In this document: positions 52,028-64,000 of the stretch, piece by piece
Layout: every line of letters starts with the position of its first letter
Numbering within the stretch: position 1 is the stretch's first letter
Assembly: GCA_051294905.1 (NCBI GenBank)
Contig: CM119372.1
Span: forward strand, 28,088,001-28,152,000
Reading direction: 5' to 3'
Length of the DNA: 64,000 nucleotides
Origin: Botryllus schlosseri
Taxonomy: Eukaryota
Notes under the pieces: model-generated
What the model saw: the letters and a program-made list of their open reading frames with translations, nothing else
Told to the model about the DNA's origin: nothing
Database searches by the model: none
Made by a program: the position numbers and the translations under genes

Positions 52028-53748
52028 ATAAACCCAACGATCAACTGTTAATTATTGTTATCACCAGACTGGTTCAAATCACCTGCTATCGGCTTTGTAT
52101 ATCAGAGCTTGGTTGCGTTTAGTTCTTGCGTTATTTTTTGTGTACACTGTGTTTCCGTTACGGTGGTCATTTACATCACGACGATATCAGTGTGATTCGT
52201 GACCTGCGTCCAGTACGGCCCATTTTCGCAGGATATCGCCCGGTGAAATATTCGATCGACAACCTAGAACGGGATTTCTGAATTCCGAGGTAAAGGTTCT
52301 CTTTTTGTGTGCCACCTTTTGGATGTGATTACATATAAATCTTTTCTCTGAGAGTGTCGTACAGTGATTATGGTGTTCGCTACTTATAGCCATCACTATC
52401 TACAATTCTCATTTCGTAAAACCAATATTGGCACAGACTCTGCTATCAGCAGTTTTCCTAATCTATGTATAAATAACTCTTATGAAGTCTACCCAAACTG
52501 TTTGCACGCTTACATTACTGGCCAAATAGCTACATGTGACAGTAAAGTCATGAAGGTAAAATACAAAACTACGTCTTTGATTTCCGCTCCCCCTGTACGC
52601 TGAAATTGAAGACGAATTTGCCAAGGTGATAATATTTGTGGTTCAATGCAATTGTATTTGTGCGCGAGCAATGAACACGAACAATCATAAATCGGTCTGT
52701 ATAATTGTAAGTCTTCAAAACCATGAAAATAGCTGCGAAGTATACTACCAACTAATCCAGAAATTTAAGCGTCCAATCTGCATGCGTTCTCGTATCTTAT
52801 TAGGGTCGAAGTATGCTCATTGCTGGGCCTTTGTAGCCTTCGGTATTACAGTTCCTTTTGACACAGTCTGTCCTGAATTCTGCAATAAAGACCACAAATG
52901 ATCTTCATCTTTCCTCAGTGATTACGATTGCGAACATGTTATCCGTGTCCCTGACAAATGCATGTTTACATCCATTCAGCTCACTAATAGAATATTATTA
53001 GTTCAAAAGATGCCCCTAATCAACCTTTTAACGTAAAATAACAAGCGAACTTCCTAACTAGGAACGATCGCGCGTAGCATCGCTGTTGGCCCACTTTCCA
53101 TGCCGCGCCTTTGTTTATCGTGCTTAAGTTATAAACAGTGTATGTTTTGTACTCAAATAAAGATTTAATGTCGCAATCGCGAGGTAGCCGCTCTCGTGCG
53201 ATGCGTATGTGCTCGATTCAAATATTATTGAATCTTTACGAGATTTACCGGATTGCTTGTGCCGACTCCACGCGAACAATGGCGGCTTGTGTATTTACAA
53301 GCGAGTTAGTAAGAAGGGAATTATGGTTGCGTTGTCATCATGTTCAATTGTTCATATTGTGCCCAATTAACGAAGAGGCTGTAAAAATGTTGAAGCATTC
53401 ATAGCCCTATAAAATATTTATGTAAGCTACTTTCAACGCGTTATGAGATATAGCTATACTCGTTATTATGTCATCCGTCACCATCGTGCAGTATGCACAT
53501 GCTTTGGTTAGTTTCGGATTACACCAGCACCAGTACACCGATACGACCATATTGATGTATAAATGTACATTGCAGTATGGGGTAGAGCAGAGCGGTAAAT
53601 TTCCCATTCTAATTCCGATCCATCTGCCTAAAGAGGGTCTCCAAATCCGATTCGGGCTCAGAAACGAAATTTAGATTTGAGCATGACTCTGATCCATATA
53701 CTGCGACCACTTGAAAATACTGCACACAAACTCATGTAGGACGTAGGT

Positions 53749-53787
53749 CTATAGATATCTAACCTACCGTAGGTTAGTTATCTATAG
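53749..53787. repeat. 39-bp near-perfect palindrome
   Basis: ctatagatatctaacctac-c-gtaggttagttatctatag; related copy at ~44913-44952. Confidence 0.8.
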
Positions 53788-54107
53788 TGGGTCCAAGAAA
53801 GCTGATTGTTATTTATCGTTGAAACTGAATGGAATGTCAATATCAATGTGGTTCACTAATAATCCTGTGATAATCCCGTGGGCCATATCATAGGCTGACT
53901 GTGATCGAATCCGACCGTACGATATTCCAAACCTACGACTCCGGGTCCGGACGAAATCTGTGAAGTCTAGCGAATATCCATTCTGCTTCAGATTCATGCC
54001 AGAGATGAGCATGGATTAGGATTTGGAAAACCGGATTTGTGAAATTTTGTCTGACCGGGATTGGATTAGGATTTCAGTTTTTACGTTAGCCGGTATAATA
54101 GCTAGTA

Positions 54108-55648
54108 CAGGGCTCTTCAACCGGGTGTATCGTACACCCCAGGTTGTACCAAAATTTTAAAACGGTGTACCTCTTGGATGGGGTGTACTGGGGTGCACCA
54201 GATCCGCATTAAAATGGACCAATGACTAGCTATCACAGTAAATAGGTACGTTTACGCTTCAGAACATTTTGTTCATATCAACTGTATGCAAGTTGCAAAT
54301 TACATTCATCTTCTGATGTCATAAGCAGATGCTTCTATTGGTTCCTTTTGTGGTAGAACAGGGTGGATTTAGCATGTGTTCAGCTTGCGATATCTGTCCA
54401 TAGTGATTCTAGACTAACCCGCCACGATAGCTCAGTCATTTTGAATTTGTAATTTCTGCGAGATACTTATAAATAGCGCACTACACATAATCGCGTATAG
54501 GCGCAGCCAGGGAGTCTCGTGGGTCGATATGAAAATCTCTGTGTTAGATCGGGGTCAGGTAACCTCGAGCCCCAATTACTATTTAGCATTTCCTATACGT
54601 TGCACTGTTGCAGCCTTGCTCATATTTATTTCGATTTGGTCAACCTGTGGACATCCAGCCACGCGCAGCTGTAAAACAATAATTATGCAACCGCACACAC
54701 AAAATCAAATTATAGTGGCCGTCAATGTTCAATTTGAATCAAGGAAGTGGTTACGTAATATCTGCCAGATTTTAATTCAACTTAAAAATTTTCTTTATGC
54801 CGCTCACGATTCAGGGTAACTTGGATTTTCGTTTTTTATTATAATAGTGTCCTTGCAATCTGAACCCACCGTACAAATGCGAACCGCAGAGGATAATAAT
54901 GCACCACATAAAGAAATACCAAGTTAGAATCGTGTGCGTCTCCCGAATGAAGGTTTTTCTGTTACGTTTGGGCGATTCCAATAAATTTTGACTACACCGA
55001 CAATCCTGCATCATGATGGTAGGTCTAGAAATAACATCGTGCAACATACTGGTTAATAATAAACCGGAAGTGCATCATCACTGATTTTGTGTCCAAAATT
55101 TTCAAAGATATCACCTCTATATCAGTTTTGCAGGTTAATCTGATCGCATGGGCTGAGAATGGATAAATATTTGACAGTAATATATATGTGAAACTACCAA
55201 TATTATCGACGAAATTCATGAACGAGATTGAAAAAATTTTCGCGCTCGGCGCGACTGGAAAGTGGTTCCCAATTACTTTTCCGAATATTTGTACTCGCGA
55301 ATTTGGTACACAATAGTAAGCATGCGGGGTGTTCTGCTTCTACAATTGGAAACTTTTATACGAAAGGTATATCTGAAGTCGATGCCAAAGCACACCACAA
55401 GGGCTCTATGCGGTGCGAAGTTCCCATTAGCCAATTTAGCATGAGCATTTGTCGTCCAGATGGGTCATGGCGACTCTCCGCTGTAATGCGGCCCTATATG
55501 CTATAAATGTAATCGAAATATGTCCGTGAATTGCAAAGGTTGAACACCCGTAGATTAGGCTTACTATACGGAATCTGTTTCATAGGTGTACGAGTTTTGA
55601 GAAAACGTTAAAAGGGTGTACCACGACGAAAAAGGTTGAAGAGCATTG
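54108..55648. mobile_element. hAT element (another left end begins at ~63965)
   Basis: cagggctcttcaacc / ggttgaagagcattg; TSD agctagta/agctagtc. Confidence 0.82.
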
Positions 55649-55784
55649 AGCTAGTCTACACATTTAACACGACAATCCATAAAAAGAGAATCACATTTAG
55701 CATGTCTTGTCTTCACTCTTCACTACCAGAAACTCGCTCCAATATATAACAAAATTATCGTACGTGCGTATTGTTAATATATAG

Positions 55785-56317
55785 CAGGGGTGTCAAACTC
55801 AACTTGTGTCGCCGGCCGGATTCAAACCTTCAGGTCGCTTGCGGGCCGGATTAGTCAAATGATTCTAAAATGTTACATCAAAATCCATGCTCTTGTTTTT
55901 CACTTGAACACCTTATTACCAAGCCTATAAACGTGATAATATATTCTATGACTATTCTATTCTCCATGTAACCTGCGCATAACAGTTTCGCATTGATGTT
56001 TGAGCTTATGTGAAGAATTACTTTTTGGTCCATATTTTTACCAAAGCTCTAACCTCAGTGAGCACATTGTGCCGCTGTGGAAGTGGATGTCAATGTCAGC
56101 GACTTGGTTCCTAAGGGTGATTAGAGTGAAACCATAGCATCGCTGTCGGGTTGTTATATTGTGGCCTATGAACATTCTCGACATTTGCTGTTGGATTAAT
56201 TGATGGAAGTATTTCTTCCTAAAAATCTAAGCATTTGTTAGATATGTGCTGAATATTAACGAGTGCTTTTTTCATTTCCTCAAAATTGCTTCGCGGGCTG
56301 TATGTTTGTCACCCCTA
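55785..56317. mobile_element. CAGGGGTGTCAAA hAT MITE (relatives ~2050-2942, ~10007-10500, ~15830-16060)
   Basis: TIRs, TSD atatatag/atttatag, cggcccgc subterminal motifs. Confidence 0.8.
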
Positions 56318-57389
56318 ATTTATAGGCTACGTTGTTAGTCGATATTCCATGTGAGCGCAATAATATTATATTTACATCTATATTCTCGATCTGTTAATGT
56401 GTCATAGTAACATCGAATCATCAAAATGCAACAATGCTTGAATCGCACACTGTGCTTGGCTACGCTCTTTCATGAACAATTGAACATGAACATATATAGA
56501 ATCAATTTCCATGGCATAGCATGAATCTGGTTGTCTGTGATGCACATCAGCATAGCTACGATTATTCTGTCTCAACTAGACGCTGATGCGCCTATACTCA
56601 GCTGTCAGCCACGTAAATCCGTGAAGTATCTGCTCCGTGTCAGCACAAATACGTCATCTTGCACCGACCGTTGTTAGAAGTTACTGTCATGAGAGTGAAT
56701 ACTTATTTCTCAAAGTCAGGCGTTGCTTTACTGGCCGACCTGTTTACATAATGTTAGCTAACTCCTAAGCTAACATAGATCGTTATTTACTTTATGTCCC
56801 AACCAACGTAATAGGTTTGTGTATGCCTTGTAAGCCTAATGTTTAACGCCACGGGTGGTGGATGGAGGTGTGGCTTGTTCAGCAAAGAAGGAAATGAAAC
56901 AGCCGTGAATGGTGATTTTGGTCTTACGGGACCAATACTAACAGAACACATCCACAATGAGGTCTATAGGGTTTACTAGAAACACAACACAATATTTGAT
57001 GAATGCATCATTATATGTAATAACCAGCTGTTACCGCCATCCTTGAGTGAGATGAGTAGGCTAATTCGGTGCCTCTTTACCAATTACTTGTATACATTGT
57101 GATTTTATGGAGTCTAGAACGTGACATAGTTGTGCACTATGCAAGCATGAGTGTATAAACTGTACAATGTGCAAATGTGCTTGTAGGCTACATTATAGGC
57201 TTTGTGCAGCGCGAACTAAATCGTGAATGAGCAAGCATAAGCAATGGGCATAGGTTCGGCTGCGTCTCACACACTATTTGGTGTTCGCACTGTTCGTCAT
57301 TAAGTCATGCACCAATCAAGTCACATTACTAAAATGTAAAGCATATAGGCCTACATCATGTACTGTACGAACATGGTTAATATCTACAA

Positions 57390-57957
57390 CAGGGGCGGGC
57401 AACATACGGCCCCAGGCCGGATCCGGCCGCGGCGGGATTTTGAACGGCCCGCAGAGAGTTTCTACCCTTAAAATGAAATTCTAATCTGAAAGCATTGAGA
57501 AATTTTATGCGTCACAGAATGAATCCAATTTTGCTAACCTGTGAAAGATGGTCAGGACACCACTTGTGTTCGGGTCTATACATTTGAGAGCAAACATTTT
57601 CGACCATGAATATTAACGCGACAAGACTGCTTTCCGATCCAACTGATGTTCACGTGAAGTCTTTACTAAGGGCTTCTACATCCGACATGCAGCCAGAGTT
57701 CAAAGTACTTGTTGACAACTTTGAACGACCACAGATATCTGAATGACTTTAACAGCTATGAAAGTACATAAGGTTAAGAAATTCATTAAATACTATTTTG
57801 GTCTGTATGCTTTAAACTTAAAGTTTACTTTAACCACGAATTATACCTTGTATAGGTGGATAAATACACGATTAATGTATGGATTCTGTAATCGGACCCA
57901 CCAAGTACTTCATTTTCCCATATCAAGCCCGCCGACCGAAGAAATTGCTCGTCCCTG
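57390..57957 (+). mobile_element. Charlie/Buster-type hAT deletion derivative with transposase 3' end (57566-57746)
   Basis: VFGS..EQTFSTMNI..TDVHVKSLLRASTSDMQPEFKVLV..PQISE*; TIRs; TSD atctacaa/atttacag. Confidence 0.8.
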
Positions 57958-59188
57958 ATTTACAGCCTATACGGCTGTCAGGGGTGAAGGCAAAACGTTG
58001 TGACATCACAATTCTCAACTCAACTTTCGAAATAGTTATAGCTATACTCTGTGGTGGGGTTCAATTTTTTGTCGGCCTCTCCTATCTGAAAATCATTTTT
58101 TCAGCCTGTTCTATTACACAAAGTCGTTGACAATGACCAGTAGTAATGCGGACTACTTCACTGATCTCATAAGATTTCGAGAGCTGGTTCTATGGAACCG
58201 ATGTGACCGCCTGAATCCGACCGCTGAATATAGTCTTAAGCTCAGTACATGTCACAAGGATGTTACTTTTTGTTTGGTGATCACGGTGTACAGTTGTACA
58301 ATGTAGGCTACGTACTTTGTACATAGTTACCGGTTACTTAGTTTCTCAGATCCATCATAACACGCAAATACGGTTCTTGAAGATTCTGACAGATCTTACA
58401 TGATCGTACATCTGTATATCGGTGGTTCTGAACGTTTATGACCTTACTTTCAGGACCGAAACAGCACTCATCAGCCCTTCAAAACAAAACGTCGGGATTA
58501 AGCCCCATCTAGATAGTGTTCAGTGTTCATACTGTTCAACCAAACTTCTGTATGACACGCCTTTTCACCTGTACTTGAAATCGAGAGTTTTTATTGTATG
58601 AAAAGTCAGAATACATTTGTCTCGTCGCGCATTAAGCGTCAAATTGCATTATACATAAAATCGCGAGCAACGCAGCGAGCTGGCCCCGCCCCACACACTT
58701 GAGGGTTTGTGGTGCGGCAGCTACGACCCTGCTTGCGACGCCATATCAAAGAGATCAATAGCTCGCGGCATCGCAGTACTGGATCAACTTTTGAGGTTTG
58801 GAGTTTGAGCGTACCGCAGGTACCGCCATCGACTTCCCCTCCGATTCAGACTAGTACAACCTATCAATCTGATCAGTTGACAGTCAACTAACTACAATAT
58901 ACTATTTTGAAGCAGATTTATGCTACAGCGTCCTTCACGTCACTTAGTGTCACATATTTTGAAATATCGCAATCACTACGAAATGATGTGAATACAACGG
59001 TAGGCATACAAAGTACGATACAATCTGTAAAGTGTCAAATGATAAGTTCACCGACAGTGCAAACATCTACGATACAAACTAAATGCAAGTTGCAAAAAAA
59101 TTTGACTTGGTGGACACTTTTGACAAGTTCTTGACCTAACGCTACAATTTTACCTTATTTTGACGTTTCAAAAAAATCGCTCTAGGCT

Positions 59189-60490
59189 CAGAGGTGGTCA
59201 CTAACGAAGTACTTCTACTTTTTCGAACTACTCAAGTAGTTTTCCTCTACTTTTAGTACTTACTCAAGTAGATCTGATTTTCACCACTTCTACTTTTACT
59301 TCGTAATATTTTGTGAGCTACTTACTTACTTTTCGCTATTTTCAGTTTGTCAAGTAGAAGTAGTTTAATCCTCCAATCAGGAAGATAGCCTGAGGAATTT
59401 CGGGGCTGTTTTCAAGGAGTATCAACATTCAATTTTCATAAAAGTTGAGTAAATCCCAGTATTTTCCTCGCGCTTCGCGCTCAGTGGATACAAAGTAACC
59501 AGTATGATTTCACGAGAGTATTGGTGAATATAATTTAGGTAGCGGGTTGGAGTGGTTCCGTTCACACCGCATTGTCGCCCTTCACAAATATGAAATATTT
59601 TATCACAGTTAATATGGCTCTTCATAACGTTTGAAACTGATGTTTCGCAATCTAGGATTTACTTATCATATCGTAATCTAGCAGTCCATGGCGTGTCTTA
59701 ATCTGGAAAAGTGGACTCGGACTTTTATTTAGTTTTAGAGCTGTTTTCGCATACCTCCCTTGAAACTTTCTGAACTAAAGACATGAAATACATTTTGCGC
59801 TTTTAGAAGTAGTATTTATACTTCACTTTCAATTCCCAGTATCATATACTCTGAGTTCTATTCAATATCAGTTCTTTTGTCTTGATAACATACATGTTGA
59901 AGTATAAAAGCAAGTGTAGTAGTAATGCCTTTAATTTCGGAAATAAAGCTACACAATATGGCATTTTTACGATCCACCATATTTTTTATTCACGTGTACT
60001 AATCGCGCAAAGTGTTTACACCGTATCCTATACAACTTCTCCGTATTGATCTTCGACTAAACTACGGGCCCTATAATATGGGGAAGTGCGCCATACCATG
60101 ATATTTTCTAAAACGTGCTGTTCGACTAAACATAGGATAAGTATCGCATTTCCATATCAATGCTATCATTTTCAAGCCATGATGCGGACGAATTCTTATG
60201 CTTTCGAAAATTGAATAGCCTACCTGGTATGCATCAGTATGAATCAAGATCGGCACCTTTCGCATAATAGCTCAATTTGCACCTTTTGACAATCCCTGCG
60301 TGCGAACGAATTACGATCGTTGTCACAACTACTTACTTACGTAGATTTGAAGTCAGTCAATTCTACTTCTACTTCAAGTAGTTTTAAGTTGCCTGTGGAA
60401 GAAGTACTTCTACTCGTACTTGAGTTGATATTTTCGTCGCTACTTCTACTTCTACTTGAGTAGCTTTCTTGACTACTTTGACCGCCTCTG
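59189..60490 (-). mobile_element. CAGAGGTGGTCA family hAT element
   Basis: TIRs; TSD tctaggct/cctaggca. Confidence 0.88.
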
Positions 60491-63075
60491 CCTAGGCATC
60501 ACACAAATATATTTTTGACACGATTGAAAGACTGAATTTCGGGACTAAAATCACTAGCCTAATACAAACGCTATACCAAAATTCTGACAACACAGTGTAC
60601 CTAAATTGAGCTCCTACAGAAAAAAAAAGACTAAAGTGGGCACTCAAGCAAGTGTGTCCTCTAAGTATTTACCTTTATACGCTAGAGCAGTGTCCGGGAA
60701 CCTGTGGCTCGCGAGCCATATATACCTTTTTTGGGTAAAGATATGGCTCTTTGCCAAAAGTTAATTTTTGTACGGAATTGATCAATATTGCAGAGACTTG
60801 TTAGTAGATTTTCCTCACGGCCAGAATAATTATTCTCGTGGCAGTATAAACATGCTTTGGAGAGGTAAAGACAATGCCGTCTTCAGATGTAGGAGCTCTG
60901 ATCTTTTCAAAATCCTCAAATTTACGTTACCGTCGCGCCGGCGACCAATATCACTCGCGAATTAGAGGTACCCGAATCGAAATCTTGGATTGCGCAATAC
61001 CCTGATTAATCGAAGAGCATAGCAGACATGGCGACGCCAATATCACAATGCAGTTTTCAAATGCGCATTGTTTCCTGATTCACGGCGCGAAATGAACTAT
61101 CCTGGACGTAACATTTACAATTACAAACAGCGCCATAGCTATCCACGTTCTTGATTGGTAAGTATCTCCGCGGTAAAATGTGCGCGTGCAGCGCAAAGTC
61201 ATATTACCGCCGAAGACTTTGAGAATTGAGAAGTCGATCAATATTTAGATTTTCGGAATCAGTGTGACAGTTACATTTGATAATTATCAGTTTTAATAAA
61301 TTTTAAGCTATTTACGATAAATTGCGTTATCAATGGTGAGGCTTGGCCCGACTGTGCCTTACCTTTCGATTCGAGCTTTATTTTCTAACAATAAATACCA
61401 GTTTTTACAAAGAAAATGTGGTATACAATACGGATCCCATGTAGTGAGTTCGCATTAGTGCATTAGTGCTATCATGACGTCACGAATTTTCAATTGTGAC
61501 GTAGCAGTTGATTGGCTTGTATGACTCTTTGGGAGTTAAAATGGAAAAAAATAGGGCCAATATGGCTCTTAGCACAAAAAAAGTCCCCGACCCCTGCGCT
61601 AGAGGCCGAACCGATAGCAGAAAGAATAGGGAAAAATAGAAACGTAACAGGAATAAGGATAGGAAAGCACGAAGTGAAGATACAACAGTTCACAGACGAT
61701 GTTACCACACTCACGAAAGATTTCGAATCGGTAAAGTGGGTGCAGGAAGAGTTCAGATTACAGCGAGCCGTAAGCGGCCAAGAACTGAACGAAAACAAAA
61801 CCGAGATCTTCCAACTTAATATCCTGAAAAATCATATTAAACCAGGAATAATAGTAGTGGGACAATACATGGAAGAAACCAAAAAAGAAGAAATCTGGTA
61901 TAAAACTACGCAAGTATAATAAGAAGGAAATTATACGAATACAGTAAAAGAGACCTCAGCTGGTATAGCAAACAGCTAATACTCAACACCGTGCTGACGT
62001 CTAAAATCATACACCAAGCGAAGACAAGCACACCCAGCAACGATATGATAGCAACTCTAAACAAACTATTCTTCAACTTTGTGTGGCAGCCTGAAAAAAT
62101 TGAAATAGTAGCAATACAGAAACTAACCAAACATAAAAAGAAGGAGGGGGGAAATACCGCATTTAGAGGCAAAAACTAAAACACGAAAACTCGAAAAAAA
62201 TGGAATACTGGCGAAATTAGACGAACCAGCAGAATTTTGGCACCACCACGAACTAAACCTATTAGGACCGACTATCAGGAAATGGAACAAAAATCTTCTC
62301 ACAAATAATATGCCACACAATACAGAATTAACAGAAGAATGGAGAAGCATGATGGGAATCTATGAAGACCAGGAATGGGAAATCGAAGAATGGTTAAGAA
62401 TGCTTAAGCAACGCATAAAGAAATATGCCTTGCGACCAAAAAACTCTTCGAGGTGAAGAACACCAAAGCCGCAAATTGGAGGCAAATACACCATCCATGA
62501 ACCTAAAAGATTTACTAAGTAATAGAGAAAAAGTAACTACAACTACCGAATCGCAAATGAATGCTACCTCTTCGGAGCAAAGAGTAAAGAAAAATCTTTA
62601 TTAAACACAAGATCAGGGGACATAGCAATCGCCTAGTGCAGGAAATGCGGAAACCATCTGGAAACAGTGAAACACATTGTATACGATTGCTTCACAGCGA
62701 CAAAGATACTCGAAAAGCTGAGTCGCATCACTGATGGGAATCAAATTGAACTAAAAGAAGAAACTATCATAAAGAACGAAGAAACCAAAAGAGAGCAAGC
62801 TAGAATAATACTCGAAATATATAAACAAAAAATGATACAACATAGGAAAAAATTAGATCAAGGAAATCAGATGGAACAAAATAAAGAAGTAGTCAAGGAG
62901 ATCTACAATCAAACACGTAGAACTCTGAAAAGTAGACTAGAAATACCAAATGAGCTAACAAAAGAACTAAATGAACTTAAACTTGCGTTGAACTCACCTT
63001 GAATACTTTACGTTTCTTTCACAAAAAGAAATAGAACTGAAATAAACACAAAAAAGAAAACTATGAAAACTATGA
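60491..63075 (+). mobile_element. Decayed 5'-truncated non-LTR retrotransposon (L1/Tx1-like ORF2: RT + C-terminal CCHC-type motif)
   Basis: LNFGTKITSLIQTLY..KQVCPLSIYLYTLE|AEP..IQQFTDDVT..SGQELNENKTEI; CRKC..ETVKHIVYDC; frameshifts and stops; A-rich 3' end. Confidence 0.88.
60688..61596. mobile_element. hAT MITE inserted into the LINE RT
   Basis: Perfect TSD cgctagag. Confidence 0.85.
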
Positions 63076-64000
63076 AAACGCCATACAAACAACTGTGGTG
63101 CGTGCGGTGTACGGAAATCCGCAAAAATTATTAAATTTAATATGGGGTCCACCGCCTTCGCAAAGAATACGATCAAAAATAAATAAAAATAACCATCATT
63201 CACTGAAATAAGTTTAATTGTATTCGCAATTATAAGATAACGGTATATTCCCTGAGTCGATTGAGGCCGTTTGGATGCTTCAGTCAAGGTCAGTGGTTCT
63301 AAACCTGGCCGTCGTTTGCCTTTATTCTGGCGACCGGGAAGATGTCGAACGTAGCAAGCTTCTAAATTAGGCCGTGAGTAAATCTGAACAAAGGTGCTGA
63401 CCTACTATAGCAATCAGCTCTTCAAGTTTTGAGCTGAGCCACGGAACATTTTCAATCTGGCACGGGAGTCGCAACCATAAAAGGTTGGAAACCACCGGAT
63501 ATGCAACTAGCTGGTGCGAATTGTCATTTCGGCTCAGAAATAGACTTCTCCGGGAGAAAAGAACATGACTTGACGATGTACAATTAACTCCCTTTATTTC
63601 GATTTCACCATCCTCCACCAACTCTGCCGCTTACTCCGAACACTTAGGTGAAGAGAGGATTAAGATTTCATACTAATATATGGAAGAACCGATATTTGTT
63701 ACAGATTTCATTCACAAACTTTAACAACCAGATGCCTATAGTAAGCTCCCAGATGATCCATCGATTACCCTATGATTGGGGCCCCAGATTAGTGTTCGTT
63801 TTGGGCGGGAGGGGGCTGCAGAACACACAACAACATTAATGCATCGACTTAAAATTATATCAGACCTGTCAAATATACGACCGGCGGGCCGGATACGGCC
63901 CGTCACGCGACTGCATACGGCCCGTGAAGAATTCTGATGCAGGCCAAATAAGAATACAATAGAACAGGGCTCTTCAATCGGGTGTATCGTACTCCCCAGG

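Noticed and set aside
52187..53310. Possible additional gene (short minus-strand ORFs; plus-strand ATG GCG GCT..gtaaga)
   Set aside because: No recognisable homology and no consistent multi-exon frame could be assembled
58435..58480. Another hammerhead (CUGAUGA..GAAA on minus strand)
   Set aside because: Stems I-III do not pair convincingly

Overview
AT-rich, transposon-dense eukaryotic (animal, probably invertebrate) genomic DNA; the taxon cannot be fixed from sequence alone. Two spliced minus-strand genes were reconstructed by hand with GT-AG junctions and consistent phases. The first is a complete 6-exon ANKUB1-like gene (50971->35485, about 618 aa). The second is a mitochondrial-clan cytochrome P450 (10 exons, 22560->9594, about 412 codons) whose PERF and heme-Cys exons were not found in the window. 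Most of the rest is non-autonomous hAT elements/MITEs with 8-bp TSDs, often nested, plus a TA-flanked MITE, two tRNA-derived SINE families and a decayed L1/Tx1-type LINE. The most striking unannotated signal is a 120-bp-arm palindrome (4137-4461) inserted in a hAT MITE. Each arm carries a minimal type-I hammerhead ribozyme motif, and the structure looks like an inverted Penelope-like pLTR remnant. Most ORFs in the supplied track are spurious.
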